This document shows positions 36,938-48,236 of a DNA stretch of 53,468 nt, piece by piece (position 1 is the stretch's first letter; every line of letters begins with the position of its first letter). The translations under genes and the position numbers were made by a program. The notes under the pieces were generated by a model. It was not told the origin of the DNA and did no database searches. It was given only the letters and a program-made list of their open reading frames with translations. This DNA is from Malacoraja senta (taxonomy: Eukaryota): assembly GCA_038087875.1 (NCBI GenBank), contig JAXLNO010004858.1:1-53468 (forward strand), read 5' to 3'.

Positions 36938-36983
36938 ATGGGGGTCGCTGCTTATCTCTGTCTCCTTCTGTCCTGTCTGCCAG
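36938..36983 (+). pseudogene. IgW: IgW VH leader exon (MGVAAYLCLLLSCLP)
   Basis: Hydrophobic signal peptide, G|GTGGGC donor, 101-nt intron to the V exon. Confidence 0.88.
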
Positions 36984-37084
36984 GTGGGCATCACCCCCAC
37001 TCGGGGCCGAGCTACTTCTTGGACACTCTTTCACCCTCTGCCTCTTCAACTTTTTATTCAACATTGTTTCTCTTTTATTGGCAG

Positions 37085-37384
37085 GCGTTCGATCCGCGGT
37101 CGTGCTGAATCGTGGCAAAGTCTGGAGGGTCCCTCAAACTGACCTGTGCAACCAGCGGGTTCAGCCTCAGCAGCTACACTGGGTGAAACAGGTCTCCGGG
37201 AAAGGGCTGGAGTGGGTGGCGAGGATGAGGTATAATGGTGACAAAAATTACGCACCTGTCTTCAGCGGCCGATTCGAGGTTTCCAAGGACATCAGCAATG
37301 TCTATCTCCAAATGAACGGCCTGAGACTTATTACTGTGCGAGATGACAACTGGGGTGCAGGAACCTCGCTGACAGTGACTTCAG
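37085..37384 (+). pseudogene. IgW: Germline-joined IgW V-J exon with frameshifting deletions
   Basis: GVRSAVVLN, SLKLTC, WVKQVSGKGLEWVA, RFEVSKD, YYCAR fused directly to NWGAGTSLTVTS|GTAAGA; no RSS; close to recalled skate IgX. Confidence 0.88.
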
Positions 37385-37599
37385 GTAAGACCAATTCCTC
37401 AATTCCATTTTACCCAGTTGTATTTCATTAATTTATGGTCTTTGGAAATTCTGTAATTGACCTGAACTCGGTGAGATATTTGGAACAATTGCATGGATTT
37501 CCCGGAGACTGGCGGGTTTCTGCAGTTAGAATCTACCCAGCAACAGTACATTTCCCACCGCGTTGAACTGCCCCACAGGCTGTTCTTTCCCTGAGTCTC

Positions 37600-38090
37600 A
37601 CCATCATCTATCTTGTGCATGCCGACCAAGCTGGTTTTCTGGGCTCGTCCCTTTGGCCACATATCCTTCTCATCCATATATCGGATTTGTTTGATAATAA
37701 GAATTCTATCTACTTTTATAGTTTCCTCTGGCAACTCATTCCAGATACTGCCTATTGAAGGCAGTCTGCCAAAAGCCACCCCAGCTCCCTGTCCACCTAA
37801 CTCACCACTCTCAGCGAACCATGCCCCTGCATTTCCACATCTGTCTGTTCTACAACTCTCTCCGGGCTCTACCATTTAATGTGTAAGTCCAGCCCTGGTT
37901 TGATCGACCAAAGTTCAACACCCCCTCACAAGTCAGAGTTAAATTCCATTTGGCATTCCTTGGCTCACCTTCCCAGCTGATCTAGATCTTTTGGTAAACT
38001 TATCCTTCCTCACTGTCCACTCGGTCACTGATTTTGGTGTCATCTGCAAACTTACTATCAATGTCCACTATATTGTATGGCAAACTGTTA
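37600..38090 (-). mobile_element. Old CR1 fragments
   Basis: IWNELPEE and KFADDTK-type remnants. Confidence 0.55.
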
Positions 38091-38094
38091 ATCA

Positions 38095-38760
38095 GATTCA
38101 GGTTCAGATTATTTAATGACCACACAGTCAAGCTGGTGGAATTCATGTTCAGTACAGGATGTTACACAATAGGCTGATTCCCGTCAAACATAACATAAAA
38201 CACAACAACATACAGTATACAGTACATGCACAAGGCGGCTATGTGATGTTGTCATAGAGTGTTCAGAGTTCGAATTGCATATGGGTAGAAACTGTTTTTA
38301 AATCGTGATGTTTTGGCGGGCAGTGAGCTGTAGCGCCTTCCTGACGGCAGCAGGTGGAAGATGTGGTGAGCTGGGTGGGAGGGATCAGAAATGATTTTCT
38401 TCACCCTTGACACAGACCGTTTGAGATTGAGTGAATCTATTGATGGGAGGGGGTGCTGATGATTTTGGATGCTTTGTTGACAATGCGCTGTAGTTTATTA
38501 CGGGAGTGAGTGTCTAAGCTGCTGTACCAAACTGTTATTGATGAAGTGAGCATGCTTTGGATGATGGCTGTGTAAAATCGGATTAGGAGATGTTTCCTCA
38601 CTCTGAACTTCTTGAGCTGACGGAGAAAGAAAAGTATTTGATTGGCTTTTTTATAAATGTGATCTGAATTGATTTTCCATTTGAGGTTATTGCTTATGTG
38701 AGTGAGTGCCAAGAAATTTTAATGTAGATAACAAACAACAGTGGTCTCAGCACTGACCCC
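38095..38760 (-). mobile_element. Rex1-like LINE 3' fragment
   Basis: FLRQLKKFRV...FYTAIIQSMLTSSITVWY; short-repeat tail near 38095. Confidence 0.7.
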
Positions 38761-38829
38761 TGCAGCAGTCCACTTTCTCCAAGCTAATTTAGCTCATGTT
38801 GGGTTTCATATGATCTAACCTTCCACGCC

Positions 38830-39750
38830 AGCCCACCATGCCAGACCTATCAGGTTCATGAGGCACAATTTCCCAAACACAAGCCATGCAGTCCCTAATC
38901 CTTGGCCCACCCTACCAAGTGATCTAGATCTTCGTGTAAACTTAGGACTATCCCTAATCAGTCCGTGCCTGTCCAAATACTGGTAGTTCCTGTCATGAAG
39001 GACATTCCCACCAATGACGTCAGGCTCACTGGTGCAGATCCCTGGCTTGGCCCTAATGTCCTTCTTCAATTACACTTCAGTATCAGCCACCCTCCAGTCA
39101 TTTGGAGATTAATCTGCAGCGGAAGATGATGTAAATACCTCTGACGGAAAGTAAATTATTTTTCTGAGCTTCCCACAAGATCAGAGGATGCAGTTGTAAG
39201 GCACTGGGGATTTATCCACCGTAATGCACTTGAACGCTGCCATTAGCTCCTCTTTGGTCATTTGGTTATGATCTAAGACATCACAACTCCTATGATTCAA
39301 CTCATTAGCTTCCATGATCTTCTCATTAGTTACTGCGGATAGGAAATATTCATTTAATATCTCGCCCATCTCTTGCGTCTACACGAAGGTGGCCATGCTG
39401 ATCTGAATTTTAAGGGGACCTATTCTTCCCCAAACTACTTTATCGTTATTTGACTATAGAGTCCCTCTTAGGGTTTTCCTTGACCTTGCCTGTCAGAACC
39501 ATTTCATGGCCTCTTTATTGCCCAAGTGCATTCTTTAGTGTGTTCCTACGCTTCTTATACCCACTGAGGCATTCGCTTGAGCGCGACAGCCTTAATCTGA
39601 GGTATGTCTCCTGCTTTTATCTGACCAGAGACTCAACATCACTCAAAAACCAGGATTCCATGAACGTGCCAGACTTGCCCTTCACCCTAACATTAATAAG
39701 CTGCCCCTGCACTCTGGCTATCCCACTTTTGAAAGCCTCCCACATGTCAG
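38830..39750 (-). mobile_element. Old CR1 internal fragments
   Basis: EILNEYF...VDKSP, YLDRHGLIRDS. Confidence 0.55.
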
Positions 39751-39897
39751 CCATCCCCTAACCACTAATAGACTCTCCCAAACAAACTCTGCAAGTTCCA
39801 GACCAATGCTTCCAAAATCAGCCTTAACTCAGTTAGGATCTTCATTTGTGGGCCAGTTTCATGCTTCTCGATAACTACTTTAAAACTAGTAGAGGTG

Positions 39898-40140
39898 TAG
39901 GACGTAACTGCAGATGCTGGTTTAAACTGAATATAGATACAAAAAGCTGGAATAACTCAGCGGGTCAAACAGCATCTCTGGAGAGAGGGAAACGGTGACA
40001 TTTAGGGTCGAGACCCTTCAGATTGAGAGTCAGGGGAAAGGACTCTCAGGCTGAAGAAGAGTCTTGACCTGAAACACCATCTATTCCTTTTCTCCAGAGA
40101 TGCTGTCTGACCTGTAGAGGCAATCTAGCTTTTTTTGTTT
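39898..40140. mobile_element. Palindromic (inverted double) hammerhead-core element
   Basis: Arms CAGCATCTCTGGAGA (39970) / TCTCCAGAGATGCTG (40091); centre TGAGAGTC-9nt-GACTCTCA. Confidence 0.75.
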
Positions 40141-40514
40141 AAAACTGGAAGAACTATGGTCACTGGTCTAAAAATGCTTCCACACTGACATCTCATCCCT
40201 TGCCTCATATCTGAAGCGGAGGTTTAGTGTTGTATTCTCTATAGCGGTTCCAGCAGAACCCTCTTTGAGTTCATTAAGGAATCTTTCTGAGATGCGGTTA
40301 ACAAATTCTATCTCATCCTAGCACTTAATATTGTGGGATACCCAGTCAATATGAGGGAAGTTTAAATCTCCCACTAATACCACACTATTATTCATCCAAC
40401 TCAGCTAAAGGACAAGTACGGACACAATCAGATGAATGGCCCCGTTCTGTGCTCTGAGATTCAATGAATCTATTATTTATTTTGTAAATCCAGTTGCAGT
40501 TGTATCAGATTACT

Positions 40515-41245
40515 ATCTAAATGGTGTCTAGTTGGGAAAAGGGGAAGTACAACGGGATCTGGGGGTCCTTGTTCATCAGTCTATGAAAGTAAGCATGCAG
40601 GTACAGCAGGCAGTGAAGAAAGCGAATGGCATGTTGGCCTTTATAACAAGAGGAATCGAATATAGGAGCAAAGAGGTCCTTCTGCAGTTGTACAGAGCCC
40701 TAGTGAGACCACACCTGGAGTATTGTGTGCAGTTTTGGTCCCCTAATTTGAGGAAGGACATTCTTGCTATTGAGGGAATGCAGTGTAGGTTTAATTCCCG
40801 GGATGGCAGGACTGTCATATGCTGAGAGAATGGTGCAGCTGGGCTTGTACACTCTGGAGTTTAGAAGGATGAGAGGAGATCTCATTGAAACATATAAGAT
40901 CGTTAAGGGTTTGGACACGCTAGAGGCAGGAAACATGTTGCGGGAGTCCAGAACCAGGGGCCACAGTTTAAGAATAAGGAGTAAGCCATTTAGAACGGAG
41001 ACGAGGAAACACTTTTTCTCACAGAGAGTTGTGAGTCTGTGGAATTCTCTGCCTCAGAGGGCGGTGGAGGCAGGTTCTCTGGATGCTTTCAAGAGAGCTA
41101 GATAGGGCTCTTAAAAATAGCGGAGTCAGGGAATATGGGGAGAAGACAGGAACGGGGTATTGATCGGGGATGATCAGCCATGATCACATTGAATGGCGGT
41201 GCTGGCTCGAAGGGCTGAAGGGCGTACTCCTGCAACTATTGTCTA
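40515..41245 (+). mobile_element. CR1 family C 3' fragment
   Basis: QRDLGVLVH...FFSQRVVSLWNSLP; TATTGTC tail. Confidence 0.88.
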
Positions 41246-41790
41246 TTGTCTAAGACATTGGTGAGACCGCATTTAGAATATTGTGTTCAGTTCTGGGCAC
41301 CATGTTATAGGAAAGATATTGTCAAGCTTGAAAGGGTTCTGAAAAGTTTTACGAGGATGTTGCCCGGACTAGAGGGTGTGAGCTGTAGGGAGAGGTTGAG
41401 TAGGCTGGGTCTCTGTTCCATGGCGCATCAGGATGAGGGGAGATCTTATAGAGGTATACAAAATCATTAGATGCACGGATTCTTTTACCCAGAGTAGGGG
41501 AATCGAGGACATAGGTTCAAGGTGAAGGGGAAAAGATTTAATAGGAATCCGAGAGGTAACTTTTTCACACAAAGGGTGGTGGGCGTATGGAACAAGCTGC
41601 CAGAGGAGGTAGTTGAGGTTGGGACTATCCCATCGTTTTATGAACCAGTTGGACAGGTACATGGGTAGGACGGGTTTGGATGGTTATGGACCAAGCGCAG
41701 GCAAGTGGGACTAGTGTAGCTAGGATATTGTTGGCCGGTGTGGACGAGTTGGGCCGAAGGGCCTGTTTCCACACTGTATCACTCTATGAC
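41246..41790 (+). mobile_element. CR1 3' fragment (another family)
   Basis: RPHLEYCVQFWAPCYRKD. Confidence 0.8.
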
Positions 41791-41859
41791 TCAATGTCTC
41801 CAATACCTGCTCCCGCAAAGAGATCCCATCAAACATATCCAGGTCAGACAAAGCACGAG

Positions 41860-42190
41860 TCAAATGCAGAATATATCTCCCCGTGTCACTGTGCTGTCAG
41901 CTACAGATTAGATACAACATTCCATCTGTCCTATCCCAACGCTCCCAGGGAAGGGACAGCACAGGTTAGAAAAGGAGTGAGGCTCCCTCCAACCTGTCCC
42001 CACACACACCCAGGTTACAGGTTAGTCACTGAGTGAAGTTCCCTCCAACCTGTCCCCACACACACCCAGGTTACAGGTTAGTCACTGAGTGAAGTTCCCT
42101 TTACACTGTTACATACTCCCAGTGCAGGGACAGAGTGTTTGACACAGAGTCAAGCTCCCTCTACATTGCTCTGTCAAACACTCCTTGTTT
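41860..42190. repeat. About 56-bp unit minisatellite in the J-CH1 intron
   Basis: Identical units start at 41985 and 42041 (period 56); degenerate flanking units. Confidence 0.8.
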
Positions 42191-42929
42191 CAGAACACAG
42201 AAGGTTCTCTAGATTGTAAAACAAATTGATGCTGTTTGGTTCAAAAACAAAGGTTCACAACAATTAATGATTTGAACATAATGAGAGAATGTTGTACATG
42301 GTTCTGGATGTGGGGTTTAGTACACCAGGTTTTCTTTGCATCTTGTATTGAATTTCAACATTTAGAGATCCTTAGTAAGTCAATACCTTTTATTCTTCAT
42401 TGTGAATTCACTGATGGTCGTAGATTAGATTCTGAGTCCAGTTACTTGGTGTTTTTGATGTGAGTTTTGCTGCACAAAAGAACTGCTTTTTCTCAGTTCA
42501 CAGACAGAGGAATGGCTCTAATTTCTGGGTTTGTCCAACATGTGCTTTGCTCCTTTAACCAGGGTTGCTGGTGTCTCAGTGAATCTCAGTGGTCATTCAC
42601 AGAGCACCTTTCATGGTGTCCCCGCACCTTTCACAGGCAGCGAGGCATGTTCACAGTACAGCCGTGTTGTAATGAAGGAATGGATGAATAAGTTTATTGG
42701 CCAAGTATTCACATACAAGGAATTTGCCTTGGTGCTCCGCCCGCAAGTGACAACGACATACAGTGACAGTTAGGAATGACATGTAAAATAGTAAATATTA
42801 ATAATAAAACATTGATTAAACATGTGAATTAATTATAATACCAGAGCAAAAGGAGGGTACAGATTTTTGGTTATTGAGTAGAGCCACTACTCGTGGAAAA
42901 ACAACTGTTTTTATATCTGGCTGTGGCAG

Positions 42930-43735
42930 CTTTGACAGTCCACTTTGGTGGCAAAAACAGGAAAGTAGACTATTACCTGAATGGTGGCCGATTAGGAAAA
43001 GGGGAGATGCAACGAGACCTGGGTGTCATGGTGCACCAGTCATTGAAAGTGGGCATGCAGGTGCAGCAGGGAGTGAAGAAAGTGAATGGTATGTTAGCAT
43101 TCATAGCAAAAGGATTTGAGTATAGGAGCAGGGAGGTTCTACTGCAGTTGTACAGGGTCTTGGTGAGACCACACTTGGAGTATTGTGTACAGTTTTGGTC
43201 TCCTAATCTGAGGAAGGACATTCTTGCCATAGAGGGAGTACAGAGAAGGTTCACCAGACTGATTCCTGGGATGTCAGGACTTTCATATGAGGAAAGACTG
43301 GATAGACTCGGCTTGTACTCGCTGGAATTTAGAAGACTGAGGGGGGATCTTATAGAAGCTTACAAAATTCTTAAGGGGTTGGACAGGCTAGATGCAGGAA
43401 GATTGTTCCCGATGTTGGGGGAGTCCAGAACAAGGGGTCACAGTTTAAGGATAAAGGGGAAATCTTTTAGGACTGAGATGAGAAAAAAAAAATTTACACA
43501 AAGAGTGGTGAATCTGTGGAATTCTCTGCCACAGAATGTAGTTGAGGCCAGTTCATTGGCTATATTTAAGAGGGAGTTTGTGGCCCTTGTGGCTAAAGGG
43601 ATCATGGGGTATGGAGAGAAAGCAGGTACAGGATACTGAGTTGGATGATCAGCCATGATCATATTGAATGGCGGTGCAGGCTCGAAGGGCCGAATGGCCT
43701 ACTCCTGCACCTATTTTCTATGTTTCTATGTGACA
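42930..43735 (+). mobile_element. CR1 family A 3' fragment
   Basis: Open ORF2 C-terminus to 43639; TTTCTATG tail. Confidence 0.92.
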
Positions 43736-44742
43736 TGGCTGTGGTTGTGGCTCACATTGTAGCCTCTGGCTGGCAGTGCTTTCTTCAGGTCGCTGCCACT
43801 GACAGGGTGCACGCTCACCATGCGGCACCCTCTCCTCTCACCAGCTGCTGCTTCCAAGGTGCAGTATGTTGGTGACTCCAGGGAAAAGGAGGAGGAGATG
43901 GCAGTGGAGGGGGGAGGGGGGGAAGAGGCCGAGTGGACAGAGCGAGGGGAGGACGAGGGGGAGATGGCGGTCGAACAGGGAGTGGACAGCAGCAGGTGGA
44001 GGGGAGGGAGCCTCATGGTGACCAAGCACGTCCTGTCTAGGATGGCAGCTTGAAGAAAGTGCTCATCCCGGGGGCTCCGTGAGCTGCAACAACACCAGCA
44101 TCATGGACCATATGGTGGTGGGTGAAGAAGGGCTCACTTGCGAGTCGGAGGTGGAGTTGGAAGCCGGGGCTCTAAGCGGTCAGGAGCCATACGTGCAAGG
44201 GTGGTATTGGCAGGTCCGTCTGCTATATCCAAAATCTGTTATAATGGGGTCTGTTAAAATGAGGGATTACTGTATCTCAATTCCCTGACTCATGAAGAGC
44301 TTTTTTTACCAACCTATTTACCTGTGACAACGCTTCCTGGGATCTGTGTACCTGTACTCCAAGATCCCTTAGTTGTACAACACTCCCCGGGCGCCAGCAT
44401 TGAGGAAGGTCCACAACAGGCCAGATCCAGCAACATTTGGCCCGGTGCGTGTGGATATGGTCCATCTGGCATCGTACCATGTGCTTCCTGACCTGGGATA
44501 CATCACCCAGAGCACAGGCCGGTTTGTCCCTCTGGTTGGCAGAAGTTGCTTCGCCAGTGTGAGATCAGCATTTCACTGCTTGGTCATGCACGGTGTGAAA
44601 GGGATTGGGGAAAGGAACCAATTCTCTGTTCTGCCTGGCCTTCTCTCAGCCTGAATCACCTGCATTTACTCAGCAACCTGTTGCATGCGCTGATAATAAT
44701 CCATTTACTACAGAACCAATTGTTAATTTATTTACTTTTCAG

Positions 44743-45049
44743 AGATTAAGACCTTGCCTTCAGTCACTCATCACTCTTCCTGCAACACAGAATCTGACCA
44801 AGAGATCAGCATCCTCTGTCTGGTCAAGGACTACCAGCCTGAGATCATCAGTCAGACATGGTCCACCAGCAGTGGGGACATCACCACTGGAATCACAAAG
44901 TACCCACCTGTGTTGGGCCAAACAACATGTACACAATGAGCAGCTGCTGCGAGTCCCTGTGGCAGATTGGAACAAGAAAAACGTCTACTACTGCAAGGCA
45001 GGATACAAGCTGGACAACATGGTGAGAACGGAGTTCCAGAAGCCTCAAG
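44743..45049 (+). pseudogene. IgW: IgW CH1 exon, frameshifted as assembled
   Basis: TTTTCAG acceptor, G|GTTAGT donor; SSCNTESDQEISILCLVKDYQPEIISQTW...YYCKAGY; 307 nt with two apparent single-base deletions. Confidence 0.85.
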
Positions 45050-45394
45050 GTTAGTATGAGATTTTGTTGTCCATTTAAAGCTAATGATAGAACTGAAGTG
45101 GAAGCCTTTGTCGAACAATGTAGGAGGAAGCCAATTAATTATTTTGCTCATTCATTCTCCTCCTATCAGCCAGGAGTGCTGCTGCACAAGGAAAAAGACA
45201 GTGAGAATTTATGTGGAAGGAGATAAGGTGGGGGGGGTTCACGGAGGAAGCATCTCGTCTTGAACTGCCTCCATTCTATCCACTGCTTTGTCTAATTCCT
45301 GCAGCTCTCTACCACCCCAAACACCTCCCTGCAGATCAGCTGCTGTGCACAGTCACACCTATTGTGCCCATGCACAGTGTGGAGATTGAAACCA

Positions 45395-47445
45395 TATATA
45401 ATAACCATATAACCATTACAGCACGGAAACAGGCCATCTCGGCCCTTCAAATCCGTGCCCAACACTTTTTTTTTCCTTCTTTTTTCCCCCCCCTTCTTGC
45501 TTCTTACTTCCCCCTAGTCCCATCGACAGTACTGCACTCAGATAACCCTCCATTCCTTTCCCGTCCATATACCCAACCAATCTATTTTTAAAGGATAAAA
45601 TCGAACCTGCCTCCACCACTTCCACTGGAAGCTCATTCCACACAGCTACCACTCTCTGAGTAAAGAAGTTCCCCTCTAATGTTCCCCTAAACTTCTGTCC
45701 CTTAATTTCTCAAGTCATGTCCCCTTGTTTGAATCTTCCCTACTCTCAATGGGAAAAGCTTATCCACGTCCACTCTGTCTACCCGCTCATCATTTTAAAG
45801 ACTTCTATCAAGTCCCCTCTTAACCTTTCTGCGCTCCAAAGAATAAAGACCTAACTTGTTCAACCTTTCTCTGTAACTTAGTTGCTGAAACCCAGGCAGC
45901 ATCTAGTAAATCTCCTCTGTACTCTCTCTATTTTGTTGACATCCTTCCTATAATTAGGCGACAAAATTGTACTCCCATACTCCAGAATTGGCCTCACCAA
46001 TGCCTTGTACAATTTTAACATTACATCCCAACTTCTATACTCAATGCTCTGATTTATAAAGGCCAGCACACCAAAAGCTTTCTATACCACCCTATCTGCA
46101 GTACATGAGATTCCACCTTCAGGGAACTATGCACAGTTATTCCTAGATCCCTCTGTTCAACTGCATTCCTCAATTCGCTACCAATTTACATGTACGTCCT
46201 ATTTGATTTGTCCTGCCGAGATGTAGTACCTCACATTTATCAGCATTAAACTCCATCTGCCATCTTTCAGCCCACTCTGCCAAATGGCCTAAATCTCTCT
46301 GTAGACTTTGAAAATCTACTTCATTATCCACACACCACCTATCTTAGTATCATCTGCATACTTACTAATCCAATTTTCCACACCAATCATCCAGATCATT
46401 GATGACATGACAAACAACAGTGGACCCACACAGACCGCTGAGGCACCCCACTAGTCACCGGCCTCCAACCTGACAAACAGCCATCCACCATTACTCTCTG
46501 GCATCTCCCATTCAGCCACTGTTCAATCCATTTTGCTACACCACCATTAATACCCAACAATTGAATCTTCTTAACTACCTTCATGAGGAACCTTGTCAAA
46601 GCCTTACTGAAGTCCATATAGACAACATCCACTGCTTTACCCTCATCAATTTCCCTAGTAACCTCTTCGAAAAATTCAAGAAGATTAGTCAAACAGGACC
46701 TTCCAGGCACAAATCCATGTTGACTGTTCCTAATCAGACCCTGCTTATCCAGATGCTTATATATATTATCTTTAAGTATCCTTTCCATTAATTTGCCCAC
46801 CACTGACGTCAAACTAACAGGTCTATAATTGCTAGGTTTACTCTTCGAACCTTTTAAACAACGGAACAACATGCGCAGTACGCCAATCCTCCGGGCACTA
46901 TTCCCGTTTCTAATGACATTTGAAATATTTCTGTCATAGCCCCTGCTATTTCTACAGTAACTTCCCTCAATGTCCTAGGGAATATCCTGTCAGGACCTGG
47001 AGACTTATCCGTTTTCATATTTTTCAAAAGTGTCCGCACTCCTCTTCTTTGAATCTCACAGTTTCTCCATTGCTACTCTGCTTGTTTCCCTTACCTCACA
47101 TAATTCATATCCTTCTCCTTGGTGAATACCGAAGAAAAGAAATTGTTCAATATCTCCCCCATCTCTTTTGGCTCCGCAGATAGCTGTCCACTCTGACTCT
47201 CTAATGGACCAATTTTATTCCTTGTTATCCTTTTGCTATTAATATAGCTGTAGAAACCCTTTGGATTTACTTTCACCTTACTTGCCAAAGCAACCTCATA
47301 TCTTCTTTTAGCTTTTCTAATTTATTTCTTAATATTCTTTTTACATTCTTTATACTCCTCAAGCACCTCATTTACTCATGCTGCTATAATTATTGTAGAT
47401 CTCTCTCTCTTATTCCGAACCGTGTCCAATTTCCCTTGAAAACCA
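45395..47445 (-). mobile_element. CR1 family B copy with many small indels
   Basis: (ACCATATA)n tail near 45395; RT and APE-linker remnants. Confidence 0.9.
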
Positions 47446-47683
47446 TGCGGCTCGTTCCAATTTTACCTATTTCCTTCCTCACTCTTCCTGCAGTTTCCTT
47501 CAACCCTGCAGCCAACCCTCACCAAGTGAAATCTGAAATCCAGTCTCCTTGTGGAAATGACATGAATCTGCTTCCACTCTCACTTTTACCACTGCCTTCA
47601 GTTCTGATCAAATCATTGCTGCCATAAAAAATATTGTTTCTCGTCCATCTGACCTCCTTTCCTATTAAACTTAAAGTTGTGTC

Positions 47684-47812
47684 AGAAGGAATTGCAGATG
47701 TTGGTTTAAAGTGAAGATAGACAGCTGGAGTAACTCAGCGGGTCAGACAGCATCTCTGGAGAAATGGAGTTGGTGACGTTTTGGGTCGAGACCCTTCTTC
47801 AGACTGAGAGTC
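47684..47812 (-). mobile_element. Short hammerhead-core element
   Basis: gacgttttgggtcgagacccttcttcagactgagagtc. Confidence 0.65.
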
Positions 47813-48236
47813 GGGAAAGGGAAAAGAGAGAAATAGACGGTGATACATTCATTTTCCGCTTGGGCACTTTGTCAAGAGGTCCCTTCCGCAGTTGTACAGG
47901 GCCTAGTGAGACTACACCTGGAGTATTCCGGGAATTAACCTGATGAACCTACGCTGCACTCCCATTCTATTATTACAACCCATTTATAAGATTCAAATCC
48001 AACCCCTGGTATCCATTGGGTTCAGTGTACCAGAGGGTGGGAAAATACTCAATTCAAGCTGCCTCCCTCTCCCCTCCACTAATCCCCTCCACTAATTGCC
48101 TGTATATTCATTCATTTGCAGACATTGCTGCTTCACATCCCAGTTGCCACTGGCCAGATTTCTTCATGCTCAGACTCTAGTCAGCAAGGATCACCCAGAG
48201 ATCGCAAGGCAGGAGATGTTTAAGGTGAATGGTGTG

